From positions 1-57,376 of the forward strand of contig JBHIAC010000006.1 of the NCBI GenBank assembly GCA_046758365.1: a stretch of 57,376 bases of DNA. The letters run 5' to 3'. The translations under genes were made by a program, and so were the position numbers. This stretch comes from a bacterium (GTDB lineage Bacteria; Zhuqueibacterota; Zhuqueibacteria; Oceanimicrobiales; Oceanimicrobiaceae). Positions 35,701 to 44,706 of the stretch are shown one piece after another; position 1 is the stretch's first letter, and each line of letters begins with the position of its first letter. Under the pieces are notes generated by a model that saw nothing but the letters and a program-made list of their open reading frames with translations, ran no database searches and was not told the origin of the DNA.

Positions 35701-35717
35701 TTGAGCAGGCAATCTGA
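32703..35717 (+). CDS. M1 family aminopeptidase (catalytic motifs intact) fused to a C-terminal Omp85-like beta-barrel
   Basis: Signal peptide, YWQQ, QWYPK, GGMEYP, HEVGH-18x-E (WLDEG), AYTKG; C-terminal GGGNLRGY and terminal amphipathic strand FRWVFGFEQAI. Confidence 0.88.
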   Translation: MKNIWMLAVVLVLPSLTHLYAEEEYWQQFVHYQMNVTLLPIEHALRGEETIIYKNNSPDTLYNFYLHLYPNAYRSSESIKSKEARRYYRAIISKPEDAGYLTIERFRILSKNTSDSDSVLTAFKINDTILESVLPEPLPPGGELQVELSFYLKVRKFAGRAGYRNKQYDFAQWYPKVCVYDETGWNAEPFHYTGEFYGEFGTYDVTINVPFEYIVGATGEVVEGDPGWNMVKVDTSLSDEEWRQVSKKMKKAIREQARNGKIRTVKFHAEQVHDFAWVTCPDFLYENGEWDGIPIHVLYRSYAKRRWSQVVTMRGARALEWLSTKFGRYPYPQLTIVHGLLGGGMEYPMLVMNGSESEGLILHEVGHIYFYGIFGNNEWKEAWLDEGFTTFQTRWYMETRYGKLGYDRTEVLKRANWLQRHRPRKTRRNLVRDSALNYMNSGHNEPISKYAHQFTEPLDYRMNAYTKGSFFYDLLKYIVGDETFENICHEYFNQWALKHVNEARFKEVCEDVSGMDLDWFFEQWLHNSVTVDYALGKTKKKKIDDLWVTEVEIKRNNEGIMPVEVQLTTQSGEKFVQRWDGKDSKGTVTFKSTSKPEEVILDPQDAILDNTRINNGPLKVKFLFEYPNMSYSPRDAYLVTWRPSGWYNEVDKARLGGRLKGRYGIIRNFELGTWIGLDSQAWDGRFRYFNPISPLGPRTSGSIMVQKMEGRFEVDAHLSLVKGKYLAIPPQHHIWVGFNHSQLVGSNSEDYTLREFDQKNDLTIATWEKGKVNKLYFRYWVNPRGLNWFLNLRLGFDSVQEDWGSDFTYNSVFSELKIWLPKYNEGVFLRFYGGKIFNSENVPIQDLLFLDGANPRERFKRFYLRSDGSLPEELHYHLPGGGNLRGYYNNPIIGDQIFALNVELRRNLKQKSFNRSQRSILRTMSLVAFIDLATMDIIDSKNKFFADAGFGIRFQKFLPDNWYTIFTGGRNLTIRLDFPIWVNEPLPDENSVRFRWVFGFEQAI

Positions 35718-35762
35718 ATTTAATGGCCAAAGATTCAGATACAGGGTTTTAATAAAAGATAA

Positions 35763-35948
35763 GGGAATAGAATACACATATTAAAGTATCTGAAGCAAAG
35801 ATATGGAGACAAGAATTGGAAGAAGAAAAAAGGTGCTGCTTTGATTAAAGACCCTTATTCGGGGCTACCCCGTCCAGCAGATATTCTTTGGTTTGAAGCT
35901 CATGGGGTTGATAAAGTTGAAATCAAGAGAAAAAGGGGGTTAAAGTAA
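35763..35948 (+). pseudogene. 5'-truncated small putative toxin/nuclease-like gene
   Basis: GNRIHILKYLKQRYGDKNWKKKKG...ADILWFEAHGVDKVEIKRKR*, in-frame TAA just upstream and no start codon; ends 1 nt before the next ATG. Confidence 0.55.
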
Positions 35949-35949
35949 T

Positions 35950-36183
35950 ATGAAAGTAAAATGCATTAATAATAAAGGCATTGCTCAACCCGAAGGCTCA
36001 AAAGAATGGGTTGAGGTTAGAGATGGTTTGGCTGGTAGTTTAACTGTTGGTAAAATATATGAAGTCTTGGAAATCGATGGTGCAGATTATCGGATCATCG
36101 ACGATGAGGGGGAGGATTATCTCTATCCGGCGGAATTCTTTAAAATTGTTGAAACGACTCCTTTAGGGGGTGAGAAAAAATAA
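35950..36183 (+). CDS. small acidic protein, putative immunity/antitoxin partner
   Basis: MKVKCINN...SLTVGKIYEVLE...YRIIDDEGEDYLYPAEFF. Confidence 0.65.
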   Translation: MKVKCINNKGIAQPEGSKEWVEVRDGLAGSLTVGKIYEVLEIDGADYRIIDDEGEDYLYPAEFFKIVETTPLGGEKK

Positions 36184-36571
36184 ATTACCCTTCTTAGAGT
36201 AATTACCTCTTTTGCTTTTATTAAAGTTAGAATACAACAAAGTTCCAAATTATTATTCTCACCCCCCTTAGAGCTCCATTTATTGGAAAAACAATCAATA
36301 AACAAATAAATTGAATTTGATTATTATTGCCTGCTCTCAGAGTTTAGTAATTCCTTCAAGAAAAAGGAGCGAAGGCGTTCTAGAGGATCCATCCGAACTG
36401 CACAATCATTACCTTCGCTGACAGGTAGGCAAACTTGAACTGAGTCACTGCTTTATTTCAAATCTTTACCCGTATTTCAAACTTATTCAAATTGAAATAG
36501 TTAAAGAAAATACTCCATAGGGAGAACCGTTTTACAATTTGCAATTTGAAGCCGCAAAAATTTGGGAGTAG

Positions 36572-39547
36572 ATGCGACCTTCTTCAATCTTAAAAATCTT
36601 AATTTGGTTTCTTATTGTTCCTAATATTGAGGCTCAACCTAAAGTGGACGATTACTGGCAGCAATATGTCCACTACACAATTGATGTTTCTTTAAACACC
36701 AGCACTCACTCGCTGCAAGGCACAGAAAAGATTTTTTATCAAAACAACTCGCCGGATACGTTGTATAATTTTTATCTCCACCTCTACCCCAATGCTTTTA
36801 GCGACCCCAATTCTACTTTAATAAAAGAGGCGAAAAAGCATTTTGTATATAGGAATATCCCGGAGGAAGACAGAGGGTATATCAAAATTCAGGAATTTAA
36901 AATCATAAGCGTGGCAGGTAAAACCTCAGACCTACCACTGGCAGCTTTCTATGTTGAAGATACCATTTTACAATTAACGCTTCCCGAACCGATTCCACCA
37001 GGTGGGACATTAGAATTTGAACTTAGATTTTTCGAAAAAATAAGAAAATTTCTGCTCGACTCGGGATATAAAGGGCAGCAGTACGACATGCGCCACTGGT
37101 ACCCAAAAGTTGCGGTATACGATGAAAATGGCTGGAATCAGGAACCATATCATCTATTGGGAGGATATTATGGAGAATTTGGCACCTTCGATGTCACCCT
37201 GAACTTACCAGGCAATTTTATCGTAGGGGCAACTGGGATACCTGTGAAAGGAGACCCCGGCTGGGAATGGGTAAAGGTAGATACCACCATCAGTAAAGAA
37301 GAATGGGAAATAAAATATAAGCAGATAAAAAATCGACTGGCAAAAAAAGCGAAAGAACAGGGCAATAGAAAAGTAACCTTCCATGCGGAACAAGTTCACG
37401 ATTTTGCTTGGACCGCTTCCTCTAATTTTTTGTACGAACGCGGAGAGTGGAACGGGACTCCCATTCATGTGCTTTATCAATCTAAATCAAAGAGTAAATG
37501 GAGCAAAGTAGTTGTAAAGCGCGGTATTAAAGCCTTGCAGTGGCTCTCGCAAAAATTCTGGCCTTATCCTTACCCCCAACTTAGCATCACGCAAGGTCTT
37601 ATCAACGGCGGCGTTAAAAACCCAATGATCATTATGATTGGTTCGGAAGCGGAATGGTTAGTCACCCATGTCGTGGGACATGTCTATTTTTACGGAATTT
37701 TGGGAGTAAATGAACACCGAGAAGCCTGGTTAGATGAAGGGTTCAACACCTTTCAAACTCAATGGTATATGGAAAATCGCTATGGACGGTTGGGATTTAA
37801 TAAAGAAGAATTTTTGAAAAATGCCCCCAAGCTGTTAAAACTTTATCCTCTGCCAAGCATTCGTGAATTCGCTGCGAACTTTACAAATCGCTACCTGCAT
37901 TCCGGCCATAATGAGCCCATCGCCCAATCTGTTGATAAATTCAAGGATCTGTTTGGATATGGCATGAATGCCTACCTCAAAGGCGCCTTCTTTTTTGATA
38001 TGTTGCAGTATGTGGTTGGAGATGAAAATTTCGATAAGATTTGTCAAGCGTATTTTAAACGCTGGGCTTTTAAACATGTCAATGAAGCCCGCTTCAAGCA
38101 GGTGTGTGAAGCAGTAAGTGGCCTGGATTTGGACTGGTTTTTTGAGCAGTGGCTGCACGAAACAGCCACCGTGGAATATGCTTTAGGTGAAATAAAAAAA
38201 TTCAAGCAAGGCGACGGCACCTGGCGAACCGAAGTGGAGGTTCAGCGAAAAGACCAAGGAGTCATGCCCGTAGAAGTGGTGGTGGAGACTAAAGATGGCC
38301 AAAAGCTGGTGCAAAGGTGGGATGGTCAAGAAGAAAAACAAACCCTGGTCTTTGAAACCCAGGAAAAGCCGAAGGCGGTTCGGATGGACCCAAAGGACAA
38401 AATTCTGGATAACAATCGACTCAACAACGGGGGTTCGCGATTTGAGATTAAATTTGATCTCCCTTTCCTCGACGTCTTTTATGCCCCCAGAAGCGCCTAT
38501 CTAATCCTATGGCGTCCCTTTTTTGATTACAATGGCATTGATCGTTTTCGGCCAGGGTTCCGCTTGCGAGGCAGTTACTTACAAGAATACAATAAATTCA
38601 CAATAGGTATTTGGTATGGAACCAAATCCAAGGAATTGGATGGCCTGTTTAGATTTTCAAATCCACTGCGCTCGTTGGGAGCTCAAACCAGATATGATAT
38701 TGCCATTCAAAAAACCGAAGGGCGATTAATAGGGAACGCACATTTGGCTTTTCGCTTTAGCAACAATCTCTCTACACCCCCGGTGCACTTAATAAACCTT
38801 GGGTATGATTTTTCCAAACTGCTTGATTCAGCTTATGTATTCCGGGAGTTGGCCAAAGATGACGACCCACCAGACTTTCGAGAATGGGAAGACGGTAACC
38901 TTGGCAAGCTTTATTTAAACTATTCTGTGAATCCCCGGGGACTCTGGTGGCGGTCATTTTTTGCGGCTAATTTTGAAAGCGCTGGAGAATTTTTGGGTGG
39001 GGATTTTGATTTTCATAAACTATTTGGTGAAGCGCGCTACAAAATCTATTTCAAAAATTTTGAACTGAGCTGGCGCGGATTTGGCGGCATTGCCTTTGGA
39101 CAGGACAATCCTCCTACTCAAGAACTGTTCTTTATTGAAGGTGCTAATCCAAGAGTTCGTTTTGAAACCAGTTTCTTACGCAGCAAAGGCGCGTTTCCCA
39201 CGGGTATCAATTACCACAAATTTGGCGATGGTAATCTCAGAGGCTATTTTGACCAACCTCTGGGTGGCGAAAAGTTGGTTGCACTTAATATTCAATTAGA
39301 AAGAAAAATTTTCGGACCCATAAAATTTGCCGGTTTTTACGATACCGGAAAAGTTTGGCCGATTGCCGCTCAGGCTAAGGCGCTTTCAGATGCTGGTGTT
39401 GGACTGCATTTTTCATTTAATATCAACGCTCAGGAAATTGAAGGCTATACTTTTGCTATTGATTTCCCAATTTGGTTGAGTGATCCTCTGTCAGATGAGA
39501 AAGAATTTAAATTCAGGTGGTTGGTGGGCTTTAATCAGACGTTTTAA
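36572..39547 (+). CDS. M1 aminopeptidase paralog, predicted inactive, fused to an Omp85-like beta-barrel
   Basis: Collinear with 32703-35717 but GGMEY is GGVKN and HEVGH is HVVGH; GDGNLRGY; ends FRWLVGFNQTF. Confidence 0.88.
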   Translation: MRPSSILKILIWFLIVPNIEAQPKVDDYWQQYVHYTIDVSLNTSTHSLQGTEKIFYQNNSPDTLYNFYLHLYPNAFSDPNSTLIKEAKKHFVYRNIPEEDRGYIKIQEFKIISVAGKTSDLPLAAFYVEDTILQLTLPEPIPPGGTLEFELRFFEKIRKFLLDSGYKGQQYDMRHWYPKVAVYDENGWNQEPYHLLGGYYGEFGTFDVTLNLPGNFIVGATGIPVKGDPGWEWVKVDTTISKEEWEIKYKQIKNRLAKKAKEQGNRKVTFHAEQVHDFAWTASSNFLYERGEWNGTPIHVLYQSKSKSKWSKVVVKRGIKALQWLSQKFWPYPYPQLSITQGLINGGVKNPMIIMIGSEAEWLVTHVVGHVYFYGILGVNEHREAWLDEGFNTFQTQWYMENRYGRLGFNKEEFLKNAPKLLKLYPLPSIREFAANFTNRYLHSGHNEPIAQSVDKFKDLFGYGMNAYLKGAFFFDMLQYVVGDENFDKICQAYFKRWAFKHVNEARFKQVCEAVSGLDLDWFFEQWLHETATVEYALGEIKKFKQGDGTWRTEVEVQRKDQGVMPVEVVVETKDGQKLVQRWDGQEEKQTLVFETQEKPKAVRMDPKDKILDNNRLNNGGSRFEIKFDLPFLDVFYAPRSAYLILWRPFFDYNGIDRFRPGFRLRGSYLQEYNKFTIGIWYGTKSKELDGLFRFSNPLRSLGAQTRYDIAIQKTEGRLIGNAHLAFRFSNNLSTPPVHLINLGYDFSKLLDSAYVFRELAKDDDPPDFREWEDGNLGKLYLNYSVNPRGLWWRSFFAANFESAGEFLGGDFDFHKLFGEARYKIYFKNFELSWRGFGGIAFGQDNPPTQELFFIEGANPRVRFETSFLRSKGAFPTGINYHKFGDGNLRGYFDQPLGGEKLVALNIQLERKIFGPIKFAGFYDTGKVWPIAAQAKALSDAGVGLHFSFNINAQEIEGYTFAIDFPIWLSDPLSDEKEFKFRWLVGFNQTF

Positions 39548-39640
39548 GTTCAAATTGCATCTTTCGTAAAACTCTACACGATAATAAAAAAGAGATGACC
39601 GATTAAATTATGCCCACAAAATCAATCTTCATATAATCTA

Positions 39641-39844
39641 TTATATTTTAACTCCTAAATAAAACATAATTAAACTCATAATTAGAAGTATGATTCCTGA
39701 CCAATATCTATGGGCCACAGTCCCGTGGTCGGTGAAAATCAACCTATTACCTATTTCACTTATTTTTACTATTTTTTTAGGAGCTAAAAAAAATAGTAAG
39801 CTGAAAAATAGAAATAACAAACCAAATATGATAAATAATAGCAT
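39641..39844 (-). CDS. small two-TM hypothetical protein
   Basis: Two hydrophobic helices; RBS GAGGT. Confidence 0.6.
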   Translation of the reverse strand: MLLFIIFGLLFLFFSLLFFLAPKKIVKISEIGNRLIFTDHGTVAHRYWSGIILLIMSLIMFYLGVKI

Positions 39845-40036
39845 CTTAACACCTCATAAATCTCTTTTTTTCTACTCTGTTACCTATATGAAATGACATT
39901 TCCCAATGATTGGAGAATGTAAGGCAGAAACTTTTTTAAATTTATCATTTAAAGATTATCTATCTTATACCCAATATCTTTTGTTGTAATTTTTAGTATC
40001 TCAAAAATTAAATATTAAATAGAAATACAAGTACAC

Positions 40037-40519
40037 TTAAAAATTCCTAGGCTTAACTTTTGTACTGAAGTTTAATGAATGCCCTTTATTTGAAATCGTT
40101 AGATTTATAGCGATTGTACTTATATCTGAAGGATTGGTTACGGGTACAGCTAATGAATTGCCAGAGTTATCAAAATAGCTAAAATGGAAATCCTGCACAG
40201 AATCTGCCAGAGCGTCACCATTTCGAAGCATTTGATTGTTTATATATTTATATAAAATCATAAAATTGTCCACGTCCTCAAATCGGAGTGAATCCTCTGA
40301 GGCTTGATAGATATTGTCAGGCGCAATAATATGCCTAATATCCCGGGAGAGCATTTGAAGGGCCCTCCGAGATTTTTGAAGAGTTTCACTGCGGGAAATT
40401 ACATAAGTATAGATATCTATTTCATTAAAAATCATATTGGCTACAAAACTGGATAAAATCCCAACAAGCACCATAACTACAATGAGTTCTAATAAAGTCA
40501 ATCCTTTTTCTGATATCAT
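40037..40519 (-). CDS. prepilin-type minor pilin
   Basis: KG|LTLLE class III signal peptide. Confidence 0.88.
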   Translation of the reverse strand: MISEKGLTLLELIVVMVLVGILSSFVANMIFNEIDIYTYVISRSETLQKSRRALQMLSRDIRHIIAPDNIYQASEDSLRFEDVDNFMILYKYINNQMLRNGDALADSVQDFHFSYFDNSGNSLAVPVTNPSDISTIAINLTISNKGHSLNFSTKVKPRNF

Positions 40520-40539
40520 ATTTTGCTTTAGTATTTAAA

Positions 40540-41028
40540 CTATAAATCTTCGATTTTCAATAAACCAGTATTTGCTGTGACAAGAATCCTTTTAGAGTTA
40601 TTGAGAGTGACAAGGTTAAGAGTCCCTGAATAGGCAAAACCTGCATTCAAGGGAACCCCGCTAGTATTGAAATCTAGTCTTCCACCGGTAAATGCTGTTG
40701 CAGTTATTTCAACCTCTTTAAAATCTCCCGTTCCAAATTGAATAATGAAGTCTTCTCCACCAACAGGATTTTGGATATAGGTTCCATCGTCCCATTTTAA
40801 ATAATAACGATTGTTTTGCTGATCAATATAAACTCTTGTACCTTTGCCTTGAGATAAAGCCAACTGCTGTGCGAATCGAACATCTGAGGCTATTTTATGG
40901 ATCATGGTTTCAGACTGCAATTTTGTATGAGTATTGGTAAATTTGGCTACTGCCACAAAAGACAGAATACCAACGATAGCTAATATTGTGATGATTTCTA
41001 CCAGCGTAAATCCATTTTGATTATACAT
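40540..41028 (-). CDS. prepilin-type minor pilin (GspH/FimT-like)
   Basis: NG|FTLVE; SDVRFAQQLAL. Confidence 0.88.
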   Translation of the reverse strand: MYNQNGFTLVEIITILAIVGILSFVAVAKFTNTHTKLQSETMIHKIASDVRFAQQLALSQGKGTRVYIDQQNNRYYLKWDDGTYIQNPVGGEDFIIQFGTGDFKEVEITATAFTGGRLDFNTSGVPLNAGFAYSGTLNLVTLNNSKRILVTANTGLLKIEDL

Positions 41029-41063
41029 TCTTCTAAATTGCTTGTTATCTTTGATATTAATTT

Positions 41064-41105
41064 AAAAAACAACAGGGAAGCCGAGGGGTAAACAGCTTCC
41101 CTGTT
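41064..41105 (-). terminator. intrinsic terminator after the major pilin gene
   Basis: aacagggaagc / gcttccctgtt stem with a minus-strand T-tract. Confidence 0.75.
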
Positions 41106-41141
41106 CTATATGTTACCTTTGTCGTAGAATTTTAGACTCTT

Positions 41142-41495
41142 TTATTGCCGTTCATGACTGGTAACGCCGGTGGGACAGCTTGCTGCTCCTGTGGAGGCAT
41201 TATAACCAGCTCCTGCTGCAAAGGCCGTACCGGTAGTGGGGCAAGTTGGTACTACGCCACTGCGAAACATACTCCCCACTAAAGTTGATGGATAGGCTGC
41301 ATTACCTGCAATCGCACTATCAGCATAAGCAATGGAAGCCGCGGCTTCTACAGAAGCTTGATTGGCCTTGCATCTTGAGGCTTGTGCCTTGTCACTAAGA
41401 TCAACAAACTTAGGAACAGCTATTGCCGCTAAAATACCAAGAATCACGATAACCATGATTAGTTCAATGAGAGTAAAACCCTTTTGATTGTTCAT
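41142..41495 (-). CDS. major type IV pilin (MshA/PilA-like)
   Basis: KG|FTLIELIMVIVILGILAAIAVPKF; Cys residues; own sigma54 promoter, RBS GGAGG and terminator. Confidence 0.9.
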   Translation of the reverse strand: MNNQKGFTLIELIMVIVILGILAAIAVPKFVDLSDKAQASRCKANQASVEAAASIAYADSAIAGNAAYPSTLVGSMFRSGVVPTCPTTGTAFAAGAGYNASTGAASCPTGVTSHERQ

Positions 41496-41550
41496 TTTGT
41501 AACCTCCAATTTTATTATTAACTTAACTATCTGCTCTTGCATTTACATTA

Positions 41551-41566
41551 AGCAACGCGCGTGCCA
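41551..41566 (-). promoter_or_regulatory. sigma54 (-24/-12) promoter of the pilin gene
   Basis: Minus strand TGGCAC-GCGCG-TTGCT matches the consensus. Confidence 0.88.
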
Positions 41567-41606
41567 TAATAAATATCCGTGAATTAGATAGGGATTATTT
41601 ATTTAG

Positions 41607-41619
41607 AATCAACTACTTA
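41607..41619 (+). promoter_or_regulatory. IHF-type binding site
   Basis: AATCAACTACTTA matches WATCAANNNNTTR, ~40 bp upstream of the sigma54 site. Confidence 0.65.
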
Positions 41620-41796
41620 GATTATTCTATAAATATTCCAGAAACCTCAATTGCAGAATATAAAATGTGTCGTTTTGGAATAATTTTACTAAAGTGAGGT
41701 AATTTTTTCCTATTAAATATTTGTTTATTATTAAATAATTTTATCAAGTGTTTCAAAATTGCATACTGTTCCTTTTTTAAATTTAGGTCTTGGAAA

Positions 41797-43005
41797 TCAT
41801 TGGGCAAGTTTGGTAAGATCCCACATAGGTAGAAAAATGGCCAGGGCTAATAAAAGAACAATAACCCCCATGGCAACCGTTAATATCGGTTCAATCATCG
41901 AAGTCAAGTTTTTAACAGCATAATCAACTTCTGTATCATAATGTTTTGAAACATTTAACAACATTTCATCAAGAGAGCCAGATTTCTCGCCAATAGCAAT
42001 CATGCGTATGACCATAGGAGGGAATAATTTACCCTGACTCAAGGGCTCTGCAATTCCTTTACCCTGTAAAACTCCATAAGCAGCTTTTTCGATCTCTTTA
42101 CCTACAACAACATTACCCACAGTTTTCGCTGCAATGTCTAATGTCTGAAGAATAGGTAGACCACTGCTATTCAAAGTTTCAAACATTCGAGTAAATCTGG
42201 ACATAGCTGTTTTCAAATTCAAATCACCAAAAATGGGGGCGTTGATTTTAAAATTATCCCATTGATAAGCACCTCTTTCTGTTTTTATATATTTGAAAAA
42301 AGCGATTAATATAACTGATACCGTTGCTAATACTAGGTACCAGTAATTGGCTAATATAAAATGCATTTCGATTAAAATTCTTGTAGGTAAAGGTAATTTT
42401 GCCCCTACTTGTTCAAATAGATCTATAAATTTTGGAACAACGAACATCATCAAAGCCACAAAGGCGACCACTAAGGCAACTACTACAATGATTGGATAGC
42501 GCATGGCTGATTTCACACGCGCTCTAGTATCTTGGTCATACTCCAAAAGGTGTGCCAGCCTTTCCAATACTTCATCCAGTGTTCCTCCCATTTCACCAGC
42601 TTTAATAGAATTTACATAAAGCTCTGAAAACGCTTTTGGATGCTTACTGAGTGCTGCTGAAAAACTAATACCACTTTCAATATCCACGTAAATTTTTTTG
42701 ATAATCTCTTTCAGAGCTTGATTATCTGCTTGTTCTACTATGGCTTCCAAACACGAAAGCAGAGGAACTCCTGCCTTGAGTAAAGTCACTAACTGTCTTG
42801 TAAATACAATAACTTGAGCTTGTTTTATTTTTCCTTTTTGGGAAAACAATTCAAACCTAGTGGTAGTTTCTTTCGGTTTTATATTCAGTGGTAAATAACC
42901 AAGCTTCTCTAAACGTTCAGCAACCGCATTTGAATTTGGGGCTTCCATCACATCTTTGACTTCAGCTCCTAAATCGTTAATGGCTTTGTATTCAAAGTTT
43001 GGCAT
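41797..43005 (-). CDS. pilC: type IV pilus / T2SS inner-membrane platform protein (PilC/GspF)
   Basis: FTRQLVTLLKAGVP, AGEMGGTL, SAMRYP, GEKSGSL, IEP...LPM. Confidence 0.92.
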   Translation of the reverse strand: MPNFEYKAINDLGAEVKDVMEAPNSNAVAERLEKLGYLPLNIKPKETTTRFELFSQKGKIKQAQVIVFTRQLVTLLKAGVPLLSCLEAIVEQADNQALKEIIKKIYVDIESGISFSAALSKHPKAFSELYVNSIKAGEMGGTLDEVLERLAHLLEYDQDTRARVKSAMRYPIIVVVALVVAFVALMMFVVPKFIDLFEQVGAKLPLPTRILIEMHFILANYWYLVLATVSVILIAFFKYIKTERGAYQWDNFKINAPIFGDLNLKTAMSRFTRMFETLNSSGLPILQTLDIAAKTVGNVVVGKEIEKAAYGVLQGKGIAEPLSQGKLFPPMVIRMIAIGEKSGSLDEMLLNVSKHYDTEVDYAVKNLTSMIEPILTVAMGVIVLLLALAIFLPMWDLTKLAQ

Positions 43006-43189
43006 AGTAAATGCAGGTATTAGATTTCGGAAGGACTTTATGATAAATCAAATAAAGTGATCATCTTTCGGTTTTTACATCAGTTATGTTTTACGCCCAT
43101 AACCGAACTAAAAAGCTTCTTTACTCTTTACTACTCCATACTTTTCACCCTTTAACATTTATCATTTACCATCTTCTGTCTTTCATTAC

Positions 43190-44587
43190 CTATCTATTGA
43201 GTTGTATCCTATATTTTTGAAGTTTTCGATATAAAGTGGTCCTGCCGATTCCCAACTCCGCTGCTGCATTGGACATATTATAATTTGTCAACTTAAGGGC
43301 CTGTTTTAGCACTTCTTTTTCTAATTCTTTTAATGGTGTGATTTCTTTAGAAAGAGCCACAGCTCTTTTTAGATCAATAAAAGTATCACTACTTATCTGG
43401 TCTTCTTTATATGATGTAATCGTTATTGGTAAATGTTCAGGTAAAAGAACTCCATCGGTGGAATTTATTAAGGATCTCTCCAGTATATTTTCCAATTCAC
43501 GAACATTTCCAGGCCAATCGTAATTCATCAAATAATCCAAAGTTCGTGGAGAAATCGCCTTAATCTTTCTTCGATTTAACCTATTAAATTTTTCCAAAAA
43601 ATAAGCCAACAATGCAGGAATATCCTCCTTTCTTTTCCTGAGAGGCGGGACAAAAATAGGATAAACGCTAATTCTATAATATAAATCTTGTCTAAAATTC
43701 CCTTTTTTCGTTTCCTCTTCCAGGTTTTTATTTGTGGCAGAAATCACCCGGACATCCACTTCTACCATTTCTGTGCCACCTACTCTTTGAAATTTGCGTT
43801 CTTGCAATACTCTTAATATCTTCACTTGGGTTGAAGGAGCCATTTCCCCGATTTCATCTAGAAAAATAGTGCCTTCGTCGGCCTGTTCGAATTTACCAAT
43901 GCGACGGGAAACGGCGCCTGTGAAGGAACCCCTTTCATGACCAAAGAGTTCACTTTCTAATAAATTTTCAGGGATAGCGGCACAATTAACCACCACAAAG
44001 GGTTTGTTTTTTCTTGGACCATTAAAGTGAATGGCTCTTGCCAATAACTCTTTGCCAGTACCGCTCTCTCCCTGAATTGAAACGGTGACAATTGAATCCA
44101 CAACGCGCTCAACACTTCGAAAAACTTCTTGCATTTTACCGCTGTGGCCAACCACTTGCTCAAATCTGTATCGGTCTTTCAAATGGCCCTTCAAACGATT
44201 TACTTCGCTTCTCAATTCTTTTGTTATTAAAGCATTTTTAATCGAGATCTCTAGCTTTTCCCATTCTAATGGTTTGGGGAAATAGTCATAGGCCCCCAAT
44301 TTCATGGCTTCTACAACCTTACCCACTCTGCTGTCGCCAGTTAGAATAATAATAGGTAAACCAGGATCAATTTTCTTAATACGTTTCAGCGTTTCAATGC
44401 CACTTATCAATGGCATATATAGATCCAAGAGCACCAGATCATAATGCTCAATACTGAGCATTTGTAACGCTTCATAGCCCGAGCAGGCTGTGTCAACTTT
44501 ATAATTATGTTTTTGTAAAATTTCACTTAAGGTTTGTACAAAATCCGTTTCATCGTCTACTGCCAGTATGGAAATCAGCTTCGTCAT
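43190..44587 (-). CDS. sigma54-dependent response regulator (NtrC/PilR-like)
   Basis: REC domain, GESGTGKE, GSFTGA, LDEIGE, WPGNVREL, Fis-type HTH. Confidence 0.93.
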   Translation of the reverse strand: MTKLISILAVDDETDFVQTLSEILQKHNYKVDTACSGYEALQMLSIEHYDLVLLDLYMPLISGIETLKRIKKIDPGLPIIILTGDSRVGKVVEAMKLGAYDYFPKPLEWEKLEISIKNALITKELRSEVNRLKGHLKDRYRFEQVVGHSGKMQEVFRSVERVVDSIVTVSIQGESGTGKELLARAIHFNGPRKNKPFVVVNCAAIPENLLESELFGHERGSFTGAVSRRIGKFEQADEGTIFLDEIGEMAPSTQVKILRVLQERKFQRVGGTEMVEVDVRVISATNKNLEEETKKGNFRQDLYYRISVYPIFVPPLRKRKEDIPALLAYFLEKFNRLNRRKIKAISPRTLDYLMNYDWPGNVRELENILERSLINSTDGVLLPEHLPITITSYKEDQISSDTFIDLKRAVALSKEITPLKELEKEVLKQALKLTNYNMSNAAAELGIGRTTLYRKLQKYRIQLNR

Positions 44588-44706
44588 AGTTGTTTTTCCT
44601 AATTGCGAAAGATGCTTAATTGTCTCAGAAATAACCTAATTATTTTTTTATATATATCGACCGTTATCTTTTCGATTATTAATTTAAAACTTAATTTTTA
44701 AATGTT

